Positions 1-9,487 of a DNA stretch of 64,000 bases are shown in pieces. Numbering within the stretch: the stretch's first letter is position 1; every line of letters starts with the position of its first letter. Position numbers and translations under genes: made by a program. Origin of the DNA: Candidatus Fermentibacterota bacterium. GTDB lineage: Bacteria; Fermentibacterota; Fermentibacteria; Fermentibacterales; JCC-6. A model generated the notes under the pieces. The model searched no databases, was not told the origin of the DNA, and worked only from the letters and a program-made list of their open reading frames with translations. Location: the NCBI GenBank assembly GCA_963845085.1, contig CAWJQI010000005.1:192001-256000 (forward strand), given 5' to 3'.

Positions 1-1308
1 ACCCTCATCAACACTCTCGGCTTCTGGGCGCCGCCTTCCGACCTCGGTCTTGGCGGCTGCGACCGCTACGATGTCTACATCATGAGCCTCGACGCCGGAA
101 CACTCGGCTACTGCAGCACCGGCGGGGAGGTCCCCAATCCCATAACACCCAACAACGACTGGTCCAGCCACATCGCCATGAGCAACAATGAGGGTTACGG
201 TCAGAACCAGATGATCGAAACCTCTGCGCACGAGTTCATGCACGCGATCCAGAACGCCTACGACGCGGCCGAACCCACATGGTTCAAGGAGAACTGCACG
301 GTCTGGACCCAGAACATCGTCTTTGAAACGAACCTCTACACAGACTACCTCAAGAGCGGCGAAAACTGCCTCCGCCGTCCCTGGTACGATATCCGCAGCG
401 GTGCCATGTACCACTACGGCGCATCCCCCTGGCCCATGTACATGCAGTTCCGCACGGGCGGCTCGGTCGAGGTCATCCAGCGCATCTGGGAGCTGACGGC
501 GGACGTTTACGGCGCCAACCTCATGGAGTCCATTGTTGCAGCTGCCGAGGAATACGGGATGAGCTTCAACCAGTGGCTCGCGGAGTACACCTGCTGGCGC
601 TGGTTCACCGGGACAAGCAGAGCCGACGACGAGCACTACCCCTACGAGGAGAGCTCTCTCTGGGGCCCCGGCGCATACGTGTTCAGCTTCCACAACGTAA
701 CCAGCCTTCCCGCCTCGCTCGACAACGGCGTCTACCCGCCCAAGACATACGGCAACCACTGGATCCAGATCAACGTGGAACCCTACCAGGGCTGGATCAA
801 GATCGAGTTCGACGGCCGTGACTACTTCGACTGGATCCTCGGCGTCATCAGAACGAGGGACGACGGCACGGACGACTTCTACTGGACCATCGTCGACAAC
901 GACACGGCCACCCGCGAGTGGGGCATCGAGACCGCCGGCTGGGACAAGGTAATCGTCTTCCCCCAGCCCATTACCGAAACCACGCTCGATCTGCTCTACG
1001 AGATGGACATCTCATACCAGACAGGCATCGAGGAAGGTTCACAGTCACAATCATTCCTCCTCGAAGCCGACAGTAACCCGTTCACCGGCTCCGGTTTCCT
1101 CCGGGTGACAATGCCCGAGGCCGGAATCACCACCATCAACGTCTACAACGCTGCCGGGAGAATGGTGCAGACCATCTCATCGGGAGAACTTCCCGCAGGG
1201 CAGAGCCAGGTCGACTGGAATGCATCCGGGCTTGAGAACGGAACCTACTTCGTCAGGCTCACCGGCCCGGGCGGCGGCGTCACGGCCAGGGTCACAGTAC
1301 TTAACTGA
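1..1308 (+). CDS. Secreted zinc metalloprotease (HEFxH, MXAN_6640-like) with T9SS/FlgD-type C-terminal domain; 5'-truncated by the window
   Basis: Frame is open from base 1 (TLINTLGFWAPPSDLGLGGCDRYDVYIM). AHEFMHAIQ zinc motif and WFKENC. C-terminus INVYNAAGRMV...LENGTYFVRL. Clear paralogue of 1357..3075. Confidence 0.8.
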   Translation, partial: TLINTLGFWAPPSDLGLGGCDRYDVYIMSLDAGTLGYCSTGGEVPNPITPNNDWSSHIAMSNNEGYGQNQMIETSAHEFMHAIQNAYDAAEPTWFKENCTVWTQNIVFETNLYTDYLKSGENCLRRPWYDIRSGAMYHYGASPWPMYMQFRTGGSVEVIQRIWELTADVYGANLMESIVAAAEEYGMSFNQWLAEYTCWRWFTGTSRADDEHYPYEESSLWGPGAYVFSFHNVTSLPASLDNGVYPPKTYGNHWIQINVEPYQGWIKIEFDGRDYFDWILGVIRTRDDGTDDFYWTIVDNDTATREWGIETAGWDKVIVFPQPITETTLDLLYEMDISYQTGIEEGSQSQSFLLEADSNPFTGSGFLRVTMPEAGITTINVYNAAGRMVQTISSGELPAGQSQVDWNASGLENGTYFVRLTGPGGGVTARVTVLN

Positions 1309-1316
1309 TCCCAAAC

Positions 1317-1336
1317 GGGGGGGCTTCGGCCCCCCC
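1317..1336 (+). terminator. GC hairpin with C(UUCG)G tetraloop after the first protease
   Basis: GGGGGGGC-TTCG-GCCCCCCC immediately after the stop. The U-tail is weak, so it may be a stabiliser or partial terminator. Confidence 0.6.
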
Positions 1337-1356
1337 TTCACGAAGGGAGCCATGAT

Positions 1357-3075
1357 TTGAGATTAGCCCTTCTGATTCTTCCGGTGATGTTCGCCCTGTC
1401 GCTTGCGGACACCACGCTGGACCGAATCATGAACGCCGCTTCAGCGGGTGAGATCACTCCCGATGAGGCAGCCCTCTACCTGGTCATGAGCGTCCGCGAG
1501 CGGGAGCTTTTGCCCGTTGAATTCACCGACGGCGCAGCCAGCGAGCCCTGCGGCACCCCCGCACTGCTCGAGGCGCTGCGCATCATCGAACAGGGCTCTA
1601 TCCCCGTCCCGGGCGAGCCGGCCTTCCTGCTCGCAAGGCCCGGTCTCAGCGGCCCCGAGATAACCTTCGTCTCCCCCTCTGATCACTTCCGCATCCACTA
1701 CACAACCGAGGGTGGCGATGCCGTCACTGAGACCTACGCCATGTCCGTTGCCCTCGCGGCCGATCACTCCTGGCAGGTCGAGTGCGACGAGATGGACTAC
1801 TTCACACCCCCGCCCGATGCGGGGATGGGCGGCTGCAACCGCTACGACATATACATCATGCAGATCGATGCGCTCGGCTACACTTCTTCAGGCGGGGAGT
1901 TCAAGCCGCCCGATTCGACCCACAACGCATCGGCAAGCCACATCGTCATTCACAAGAACCTTGGCGAGAACCTCATCAAGGTGACCGTGGCCCACGAATT
2001 CCAGCACGCGATCCAGATGACCTACGACTACACCGAACCCACCTGGTTCATGGAGAACTGCGCCGTATTCATGGAGGAAATGGTCTACCCCGAGGTCAAT
2101 GACTACATGGGATACCTTGGCGGCGGCGACAACCCCATCCGCAAACCCTGGTACGATATCCGTTCCGGCGGCGGCTCCAACCTCTACTGGTACGGCGGCG
2201 TCACCTGGGCCTTCTACATCTGGCAGCGCACCGAGGTCGAGTCGGTAAGGCTCGTATGGGAATACTGCGCGGACGAGCGCGGCGCGAACATGCTTGAATC
2301 CCTTGAGGCAGCCTTCAACGACAACGCCATGACCTTCGAACAGGGCTTCATGGAGTACGGCTACTGGCGCTGGTTCGTCGCGAACAACTACTACGAGGGC
2401 GACATGTACTTCCCGGAAGCCGGAGAATGGGGCGGAAACCCCTACGTATTCGCCTTCCACAACTTCAGCACGCTTCCCGCATCGGGCGACAACGGGGTAT
2501 ACCCTCCCGAATCCTTCGGCATCCACTGGATCAAGGTCGACCTTGCCGACTACCAGGACGGATGGGTAAACTTCAGCTTCGACGGTCGGGACAGCTTCGA
2601 GTGGAATCTCGGAGTGATTCTGTGGGACACCGACGGCGCATCACAGTGCACCTGGTACAACACGGCCTACCCGGCCGGTACGGCCTCGGTCGCCGTCGAA
2701 ACAGCCGGCTGGGACTACGCGATCTTTTACCCGGCCATGTTCTCCGTGACCACGCTCGACATGACCTACACCTTTGACATAACCTTCGCCACGGGCATCG
2801 AGGGTGGAGCCGTAACTCCCGAACGCGCTCTCTCCGTACAGGGCAACCCCCTCGCTCCGGGCGGAACAGTGTCGTTCAGCCTCTCCGAGGCAGGCAACAC
2901 GAGGCTCGCCCTCTACGACCTCTCGGGCAGAACGGTTGAAACCCTCGTGCAGGGGCCGATGGAAGCGGGAGTCCACTCCGTTGCCGTGAGCGGTGACCTT
3001 GCCACCGGCACCTACTTCCTCATGCTGAACCATCCCGGCGGTGTTGAATCGATGAAGATCCTCGTCGCCAGGTAG
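1357..3075 (+). CDS. Secreted zinc metalloprotease (HEFxH, MXAN_6640-like) with T9SS/FlgD-type CTD
   Basis: TTG start after AGGGAG. Signal peptide, PCGT pro-region motif, HFRIHYT, AHEFQHAIQ, WFMENCA. CTD LALYDLSGRTV...LATGTYFLML. Confidence 0.82.
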   Translation: MRLALLILPVMFALSLADTTLDRIMNAASAGEITPDEAALYLVMSVRERELLPVEFTDGAASEPCGTPALLEALRIIEQGSIPVPGEPAFLLARPGLSGPEITFVSPSDHFRIHYTTEGGDAVTETYAMSVALAADHSWQVECDEMDYFTPPPDAGMGGCNRYDIYIMQIDALGYTSSGGEFKPPDSTHNASASHIVIHKNLGENLIKVTVAHEFQHAIQMTYDYTEPTWFMENCAVFMEEMVYPEVNDYMGYLGGGDNPIRKPWYDIRSGGGSNLYWYGGVTWAFYIWQRTEVESVRLVWEYCADERGANMLESLEAAFNDNAMTFEQGFMEYGYWRWFVANNYYEGDMYFPEAGEWGGNPYVFAFHNFSTLPASGDNGVYPPESFGIHWIKVDLADYQDGWVNFSFDGRDSFEWNLGVILWDTDGASQCTWYNTAYPAGTASVAVETAGWDYAIFYPAMFSVTTLDMTYTFDITFATGIEGGAVTPERALSVQGNPLAPGGTVSFSLSEAGNTRLALYDLSGRTVETLVQGPMEAGVHSVAVSGDLATGTYFLMLNHPGGVESMKILVAR

Positions 3076-3091
3076 AACGCCTCTTTCTTCC

Positions 3092-3120
3092 GGGAATGCG
3101 CCCCCAGCGGGCGCATTCCC
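3092..3120 (+). terminator. 12-bp hairpin downstream of the protease pair
   Basis: GGGAATGCGCCC-CCAGC-GGGCGCATTCCC perfect inverted repeat. Confidence 0.55.
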
Positions 3121-3132
3121 TATATTCACGCC

Positions 3133-3867
3133 ATGAAAACCGGGTTGTTCACCCTTTTTCTCGTTCTGACCGTCGGATGCGGGGGCTCTCCGGGTGTTCC
3201 CGAAGCCCCTCTGTTCACTCCTTCGGCCAAACCGATGGTCATCCTTGAGATCAGGGATGCAGCCGCCCCTCCGCCCCTCGAGGGCTTTGCATGGTGTTTC
3301 TTTACGCGCAGCGAGCTTCAGGACGCGCCTTCACTCGAATCCCTTCTCACTTCCGCTGATTCCGAAGGCAGGCTTCTGATGCTTGTCGAACAGGAACCCG
3401 GGACTGAGCTCGAAGGCATGCGTCAGCACATGTTCGTACTGCTTGACCAGTTCCTCGTACCGGTAAGCATCTCACCGGAAGGCCTCGCAGCGGAGCTTGA
3501 GGGTTTCACCCTGACCCCCGACGCCCAGGGGCATGGCGTGATCCTTGACCTGTTTTCCAAGTACAGGCCTGACCTATTGTTCATCTCGATCGGCTGCAAT
3601 GATTTGGACGCACTGGCAGGCATTGTGGGTTTCTGGAGGGAAGGCTCCTTCACGAAGGACTTCAGGCTCTTTGTCTATTCTCCACCCTCCTTGGGCTCGA
3701 GGGGCTGGTGCGCCATGAGCTGGAGGGATGTCCCGGTCGGATGCATCCCGGGCCTGTCATTCGGTGGGTTCACAAAAACACTCGGGATTTTCGCCGGCCT
3801 TCCCTGGGACCCCTCGGTCTTCACTGGAGTTCCGGCTGTTCACGTCCTTCAGGAGCAGACGCAATGA
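3133..3867 (+). CDS. Hypothetical lipoprotein
   Basis: Signal peptide with lipobox-like TVGC. Stop overlaps the next start (ATGA). Confidence 0.65.
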   Translation: MKTGLFTLFLVLTVGCGGSPGVPEAPLFTPSAKPMVILEIRDAAAPPPLEGFAWCFFTRSELQDAPSLESLLTSADSEGRLLMLVEQEPGTELEGMRQHMFVLLDQFLVPVSISPEGLAAELEGFTLTPDAQGHGVILDLFSKYRPDLLFISIGCNDLDALAGIVGFWREGSFTKDFRLFVYSPPSLGSRGWCAMSWRDVPVGCIPGLSFGGFTKTLGIFAGLPWDPSVFTGVPAVHVLQEQTQ

Positions 3868-6008
3868 GAACAAGGGAACATGTCGGGAGAATTGTGGAGT
3901 GGGGTGCTTCACTCAGAGCCACTCCGATGCAGCTGGGGGGGCTCTTCGCAGCCACGGTGATTCTGCGCAATCTTCTCGAGGCCGCAACGCTGGGAATCCT
4001 GTTCGAGGCCCCAGCCTTCTTCCTGCACTTCCCGGTGGCGTATGTGTTCCCGATGCTTGGCCTTTCCGCACTCATGCACATCTCGAGCGGCTATCCACTC
4101 TGGAAGCTCATGAAGATAATGGTCATGGCCTGGACGCTGACCCTCCTTCCCCCGGTGATAGACTTTCTGGCCGGCGTCACAGGCGACATCGGCTACTTCC
4201 CGCTTCGGAGCGACAATGCGGGATGGTTTCTGATCAACTTCTACAATCCGGCCGCCCTGCTGCCCGGAACGACCCCCGGAATAAGGATAGAGGCCTTCCT
4301 GGGATGTGTTCTCGCCGGGGTGTTCTCGTGGTGCGTCACCCCGGGAAGAAAGCGAGCCCTGCGGGGTGTGCTGACGACCCTGGTCTTCATGCCGATCTTC
4401 CTGGTGTTCTTCACATGGCCGTACCTGGTCCAGATAATCGCGGAACGTTTCTTCCCTGTTCAGGAGTCAGCCCAGAGGTTCATGCAGTGGCACTCCTTCA
4501 CCGAGCTTCCCCTCCATGGATCCGCACATTTCACCATTTTTACATTCGACATGCTGCCGGTAACCCTTCTGGCGGGATGGATGCTCGCAAAGCTTGCCCC
4601 ACTGCAATTTGCGTCATTGCGAAGGAACATGGCCGACCTGCTCCCGGGGATCCTGATCGCCGCTGTCGGAACCGTTGCAGCATTTTCAGGAGCGCCTTCC
4701 GGAGGCCTGACCTTTGCCGATGCGGTAAGCCTTGTCGGCGCACTGCTGGCAGTGACATGGCTGCTTGGATCGGTCCATCTTGAAGGCGCGTTCCGCACCA
4801 CGGCATTCGCAGTGTCGCTTCTGCTTGCATGGGCGTCGGGTTGGAATACTGTAGTGGCGATAGCACTGACAGCTGCGCTTCTAAATCTTCCGGGGGGGAA
4901 GCGGCTGTCACGGGCTGCCGCCGCTCCCGTGGTTCTGTTTGCAGCCCTCTCCCCTGCCGGCTTTCCCGCGCCTTCCCTGCCGCTGTTTCTGCTCGCCGCC
5001 GCCTCGTGCATCATGTGGCTGCTTCAGCGCAGCTGGAAGGCGACGGTGCCGATCGCTCTGGCAATGATGCTCCTCGGCCGTCTGCTGCCCCCCGAAGGCC
5101 TCGACAGCGGCAGGCTTCAGGGAATCGAACGGCAGGCCGACTCGTTCTTCCGAAGCGGCATGGTGGCCCACGGCAATGCGTCGGCGATGAGGGTGGCCGC
5201 GTCGGGTGGAGGCTTCAGAACGCTCGCCGAGGGGGCTCACCTGCTGGGCATGCAGAACAGGGCCGAATGGGCTTACGAGGTGGGCACCGCCCTGGGCGAC
5301 ACCTCGGTCGAGATGATGAAGGTCGGGGTCAACCTCGCTTCCACGATGGGGGACAGCCTTCTTCTCTGGACAAGGGCTCTCGCCTACATGGATGCCGCAG
5401 GCGAGCGGGGAGCCGATGCCGCTGAGCTGCTCCTCGGCTTCGCCGCCGCCAGGGGCGACACGGCATTCCTCGGGCGCGCCCACGCGGGCGGAGGCCTTTC
5501 CGAACACCTCCTTGTGCTCTACTCCAGAGCCCACATGACCCTTGGCGACACACTCCGGGCTGAATCATTCTCGCGGGCGGCGCTCTCCCATCCCTCGGCG
5601 GGGCAGGCCTCATGGGCGTACGCCATCGAACTTGCCGGAATGACAGGGGGAAACTCCGACTCGCTCTACCGCCGGAGCGTTGAGCGTTTCGGTTTTTCAC
5701 TCGATATCGCCCTTTCCAGGTTGAGGGTGGGGATCAGTGATGATGAAGGCGGGCAGGAGCTTGAGGCGCTGTTGAACCGTTGCCTGGTATTGAACCCTGA
5801 AAACCCCGCAGTCCTTGAAACGGCTGCAACATGGCATCTTGCGAAAGGCGAGCCACAGAAGGCCATGGAATTCGCCCTGAGGGCGCTCGCAACCCAGATG
5901 GTCCCTTCCCCGGGTGCCTTCACGCTTGCGATCCGGGCAGCTGAAGCCGCAGGCAGAAACGACATAGCCGCCTCATGCCGCAGGTACGCCGGAAGCCGTT
6001 ACAGGTGA
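3864..6008 (+). CDS. Polytopic membrane protein with C-terminal TPR-like helical domain
   Basis: Start chosen at the ATG overlapping the upstream stop. Many hydrophobic segments are followed by Ala-rich helical repeats. Confidence 0.7.
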   Translation: MRTREHVGRIVEWGASLRATPMQLGGLFAATVILRNLLEAATLGILFEAPAFFLHFPVAYVFPMLGLSALMHISSGYPLWKLMKIMVMAWTLTLLPPVIDFLAGVTGDIGYFPLRSDNAGWFLINFYNPAALLPGTTPGIRIEAFLGCVLAGVFSWCVTPGRKRALRGVLTTLVFMPIFLVFFTWPYLVQIIAERFFPVQESAQRFMQWHSFTELPLHGSAHFTIFTFDMLPVTLLAGWMLAKLAPLQFASLRRNMADLLPGILIAAVGTVAAFSGAPSGGLTFADAVSLVGALLAVTWLLGSVHLEGAFRTTAFAVSLLLAWASGWNTVVAIALTAALLNLPGGKRLSRAAAAPVVLFAALSPAGFPAPSLPLFLLAAASCIMWLLQRSWKATVPIALAMMLLGRLLPPEGLDSGRLQGIERQADSFFRSGMVAHGNASAMRVAASGGGFRTLAEGAHLLGMQNRAEWAYEVGTALGDTSVEMMKVGVNLASTMGDSLLLWTRALAYMDAAGERGADAAELLLGFAAARGDTAFLGRAHAGGGLSEHLLVLYSRAHMTLGDTLRAESFSRAALSHPSAGQASWAYAIELAGMTGGNSDSLYRRSVERFGFSLDIALSRLRVGISDDEGGQELEALLNRCLVLNPENPAVLETAATWHLAKGEPQKAMEFALRALATQMVPSPGAFTLAIRAAEAAGRNDIAASCRRYAGSRYR

Positions 6009-7480
6009 GGATCCGTTTCAGCGTCCTTTTGCTTCTGGCTTCCCTTTCGTTTGCCGCCCTTGCCTGGATAAGCGGACCGCCATCATTCGATGCCGTGGAT
6101 GGAGCGGAGTTCGCCGTAGCCGGCCGGCGGCTCGAGATAGCCCATTCACCGGGTTATCCTCTGTTCATCATCCTTCTCAGGGTGTTCTCCCTGCTCAGCG
6201 GCCCGCTCTACGGTCACATGCGGATCATCACCTGCCTCCTTGCGGGCGCCTGCCTTCCCGCAGCAGTCGCTGCGCTGAAAAGCCACGGTATCCCGCAGAC
6301 CGCTGCAATGGTCGCCTCCTGTATCCTCCTGCTCCTTCCACCAGTCCTCTCGCAGCTCAACGTGATCGAGATCCACGGAACGGCCATCCTGCTCGTACTT
6401 CTGGCCATATCCCAGAGAAACCGCAGGGCAGGACCCTTCCTGGCCTCACTGGCGGTCTTCGGAGGGCACCCGGTCTCGGTGCTCCTCTTTCCACTCGCCC
6501 TTTCCCGGCAATGGTTCTCCCGATGGGCAGCCCTCGCCGTCATCCCTGCGAGCCTTCTTCTCTACCTTCCACTCAGGGCCGGGGCATCGACCGTCATGCA
6601 CTACACGAAACCGGCGAGTCTCCCCCACGCGGCCGCGTACTACACGATGTACTCGGGAAGGCTTCAGGCACCTTCCACTGAAGGTGTCGCCAGGGTGGCG
6701 GCATCCGTCGGAATAGCAGGCGCCGGGGCGCTTCTGGTGCTCGCAGCCGCCGGCGGCAGACCGGCTCATGCCGCCGTGGCCTCGACTCTTCTCGGGCTGC
6801 TGTTCATTTCGACATACCGTGTGCCCGACCATGAAAGCTTCGCCTGGATAGCCCTGCTTCCCCTTTCACTGCCGGTCGCCGCAGGTGTGCAGCGTTTCCT
6901 TCGCGGAGGAGGGAGGGGCATACTCGCCCTTTCCTGCATCGCTCTCTCCTCTGGACTCCACGGGATCACCGGGGCCTGGCGGGCCTCCGACGACGCTGCT
7001 CCGAGATACACCCGCGACGTCCTCTCCTCACTGCCCGCCGGCGCAGTCCTCCACACGGAAGGCCACACAGCCTTCTACATCGCCTACATGCTCTTCAACG
7101 AGGGCTACAGGCCGGACATCATCCCATGCGACGAGGTTGGCAACTCGTTCTTCCTGAGGCTTTACGGTACACTTCCCGACAGCCTCGGCGGGCGCCCCGT
7201 CCTGTCCACCCGTGCCTGGGGAGATTCCACCCTTGCACTCTCCGGCCTGCTTTTCGCTCCGGAGCCTTTGCACCTGAACTGGAGCGATCTCGAGATCTAC
7301 GGATACGACGGGCGTTCGCCCGACGCAATGGCCGGGGATGTCGCCGCGGAAGCGTGGGCTCTCCGCATGGTGCAGTCCGCCGGTGCGGACAGGGCGACCG
7401 CCCTTGAAAAAGCGCTCGAGCATGCAGGAACCAGAGTCACCCGGGAGAGGGTATTGCAGCTCGCCCGCATGTATCCCTGA
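6005..7480 (+). CDS. DUF2723 / TMEM260-like GT-C family glycosyltransferase (putative protein O-mannosyltransferase)
   Basis: GTGA overlap with the upstream stop. DGAEF...IAHSPGYPLF signature followed by multiple TM segments. Confidence 0.7.
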   Translation: MRIRFSVLLLLASLSFAALAWISGPPSFDAVDGAEFAVAGRRLEIAHSPGYPLFIILLRVFSLLSGPLYGHMRIITCLLAGACLPAAVAALKSHGIPQTAAMVASCILLLLPPVLSQLNVIEIHGTAILLVLLAISQRNRRAGPFLASLAVFGGHPVSVLLFPLALSRQWFSRWAALAVIPASLLLYLPLRAGASTVMHYTKPASLPHAAAYYTMYSGRLQAPSTEGVARVAASVGIAGAGALLVLAAAGGRPAHAAVASTLLGLLFISTYRVPDHESFAWIALLPLSLPVAAGVQRFLRGGGRGILALSCIALSSGLHGITGAWRASDDAAPRYTRDVLSSLPAGAVLHTEGHTAFYIAYMLFNEGYRPDIIPCDEVGNSFFLRLYGTLPDSLGGRPVLSTRAWGDSTLALSGLLFAPEPLHLNWSDLEIYGYDGRSPDAMAGDVAAEAWALRMVQSAGADRATALEKALEHAGTRVTRERVLQLARMYP

Positions 7481-7578
7481 TCCCGCCATTCCCCACCCGC
7501 TCCTCAAAACCTATATTTGGCCCGACACCGTTGCTGTATAAATGCGGATCAGTTGTCAGCGCGAGAAACGGAGAACCG

Positions 7579-9120
7579 ATGTCCATATTTTCATCGATCA
7601 AGGATTTCCTCGGCAGAGTTGCCGTGCTGGTCAAGGGCGGGGGGGACGAGGCCCTTGAAAAACAGAAGAAACAAGGCAAGCTTTCCGCGAGGGAACGGCT
7701 CGACGGAATCCTCGACAAGGGAAGCTTCTTCGAAACCGACCTGTTCGTTGAACACTCAGCCACCGATTTTGGAATGGACACCAAGAAACTCGCCGGCGAC
7801 GGCGTTGTTACAGGCTTCGGCAAGGTCGACGGCAGACCGGTTACCATCTTCGCCCAGGACTTCACGGTTGCCGGCGGCTCGCTGGGAAGGGCGCATGCCG
7901 GCAAGATCGTCAAGATCATGGATGCCTCGATGGATCGAAGGATCCCGCTCATCGGGATCAACGACTCCGGAGGCGCAAGAATCCAGGAAGGTGTTGATTC
8001 GCTTTGCGGTTACGGCGACATCTTCTACCGCAATACAAGGCTCAGCGGCGTTGTTCCCCAGCTTTCGCTGATACTCGGACCATGCGCCGGCGGGGCAGTT
8101 TACTCACCGGCCCTCACCGATTTCGTTTTCGTCGTCAACAAGGTGTCCAACATGTTCATCACGGGTCCGCAGGTCATCAAGGCTGTGCTGGGCGAGGAGA
8201 TCAGCCAGGAGGAGCTCGGGGGCGCGATGACCCAGGCTTCCATCACCGGCAATGCCCATTTCTACGCCGAGAGCGAGTACGAGGCATTCGATCAGATCCG
8301 TAAACTCATCTCCTTCATCCCGTCAAACTGTGAGGAAAAGGCCCCTGCAATGAAGCCTGTCGAACCCTCGAAACCCCTCAGAGAGGGTGTCATTCCCGAG
8401 GACAGGCGCAAGGCCTTCGATGTGACCGATGTTATCAGGGGAATTGTTGACGGGTCCGATTTCCTCGAGGTCCACAGGTACTACGCGGGAAACATCGTTG
8501 TGGGATTTGGAAGGCTGAACGGAAGGACCGTCGGCATCATCGCCAACCAGCCCAGGGTCCTGGCCGGGGTTCTGGATGTGAACGCCTCTGACAAGGCGGC
8601 CCGGTTCATCCGCTTCTGCGATTCCTTCGGCATACCCCTCCTCACCTTCGTCGACACGCCAGGGTACCTTCCCGGCATCGACCAGGAGCATTCCGGTGTG
8701 ATCAGACACGGAGCCAAGCTCCTCTACGCCTACAGCGAGGCCAGGGTTCCGAAGCTGACCGTGATCATGCGCAAGGCGTACGGAGGGGCCTACATTGCAA
8801 TGTGCAGCAGGCATCTCGGAGCGGATTGCGTCATTGCCTGGCCCACCGCCGAAATAGCCGTGATGGGTTCTGAAGGCGCAGCAAACATCATTTTCCGCAA
8901 GGAGATAATGGAGAGCCCCGATCCCGAGGCCACGAGGGCCGAGAAGGTGAAGGAATACGAGGCCAAGTTCGCAAACCCGTACGTTGCGGCATCCAGGGGT
9001 TATGTCGATGTGATCGCGCTTCCCTCTGAAACACGGAAGAGCCTCATCAGCGCGATGGAGTATGCGGGCGGCAGCGATCCCGGCAACTCATTCCGCCGTC
9101 ACGGCAACATTCCCCTGTAA
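7579..9120 (+). CDS. Acyl-CoA carboxylase/decarboxylase carboxyltransferase subunit (PccB/MmdA-like)
   Basis: GKLSARER, GDGVVTGFG, DSGGARIQEG, GPCAGGAVYSPALTD, RKAYGGAY, RHGNIPL. Confidence 0.93.
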   Translation: MSIFSSIKDFLGRVAVLVKGGGDEALEKQKKQGKLSARERLDGILDKGSFFETDLFVEHSATDFGMDTKKLAGDGVVTGFGKVDGRPVTIFAQDFTVAGGSLGRAHAGKIVKIMDASMDRRIPLIGINDSGGARIQEGVDSLCGYGDIFYRNTRLSGVVPQLSLILGPCAGGAVYSPALTDFVFVVNKVSNMFITGPQVIKAVLGEEISQEELGGAMTQASITGNAHFYAESEYEAFDQIRKLISFIPSNCEEKAPAMKPVEPSKPLREGVIPEDRRKAFDVTDVIRGIVDGSDFLEVHRYYAGNIVVGFGRLNGRTVGIIANQPRVLAGVLDVNASDKAARFIRFCDSFGIPLLTFVDTPGYLPGIDQEHSGVIRHGAKLLYAYSEARVPKLTVIMRKAYGGAYIAMCSRHLGADCVIAWPTAEIAVMGSEGAANIIFRKEIMESPDPEATRAEKVKEYEAKFANPYVAASRGYVDVIALPSETRKSLISAMEYAGGSDPGNSFRRHGNIPL

Positions 9121-9132
9121 CGGAGGCGTCAC

Positions 9133-9438
9133 ATGGCCGGCAGGCTTGTAATCGACGACACCGCATACGAAACCGAGATCCCCGAAAACTCCCTGAAGAG
9201 GGGGCGTACATCGCCCGACCTTGAAACGGTCAAGGCCATCATTCCGGGCACCATCGTTGACGTCAGGGTAAAGGCCGGCGACAGGGTCAGGGCGGGAGAC
9301 ACCCTTCTGCTGCTTGATGCCATGAAGATGCACAACGAGGTCTGCTCACCCCTGAACGGTATCGTGAGGGAACTGGCCGTGACCCGGGGCGAAAGGGTCG
9401 AAAAGGGGCAGCTTCTTGTAAGGCTGATGAAGGACTGA
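9133..9438 (+). CDS. Biotin carboxyl carrier protein
   Basis: DAMKMHNE biotinylation motif, PGTIVDVRVKAGDRV. Confidence 0.9.
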   Translation: MAGRLVIDDTAYETEIPENSLKRGRTSPDLETVKAIIPGTIVDVRVKAGDRVRAGDTLLLLDAMKMHNEVCSPLNGIVRELAVTRGERVEKGQLLVRLMKD

Positions 9439-9443
9439 TACGC

Positions 9444-9470
9444 AGGGGGGGCGGCATGTGCCGCCCCCCT
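9444..9470. terminator. Hairpin between convergent genes (probable bidirectional terminator)
   Basis: GGGGGGCGGCA..TGCCGCCCCCC inverted repeat. Confidence 0.6.
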
Positions 9471-9487
9471 CTCAGTCAACGGGCCGG

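Noticed and set aside
3728..4783. 351-aa overlapping + strand ORF
   Set aside because: Arg/Pro/Gly-rich off-frame shadow of the membrane protein gene with no motifs.
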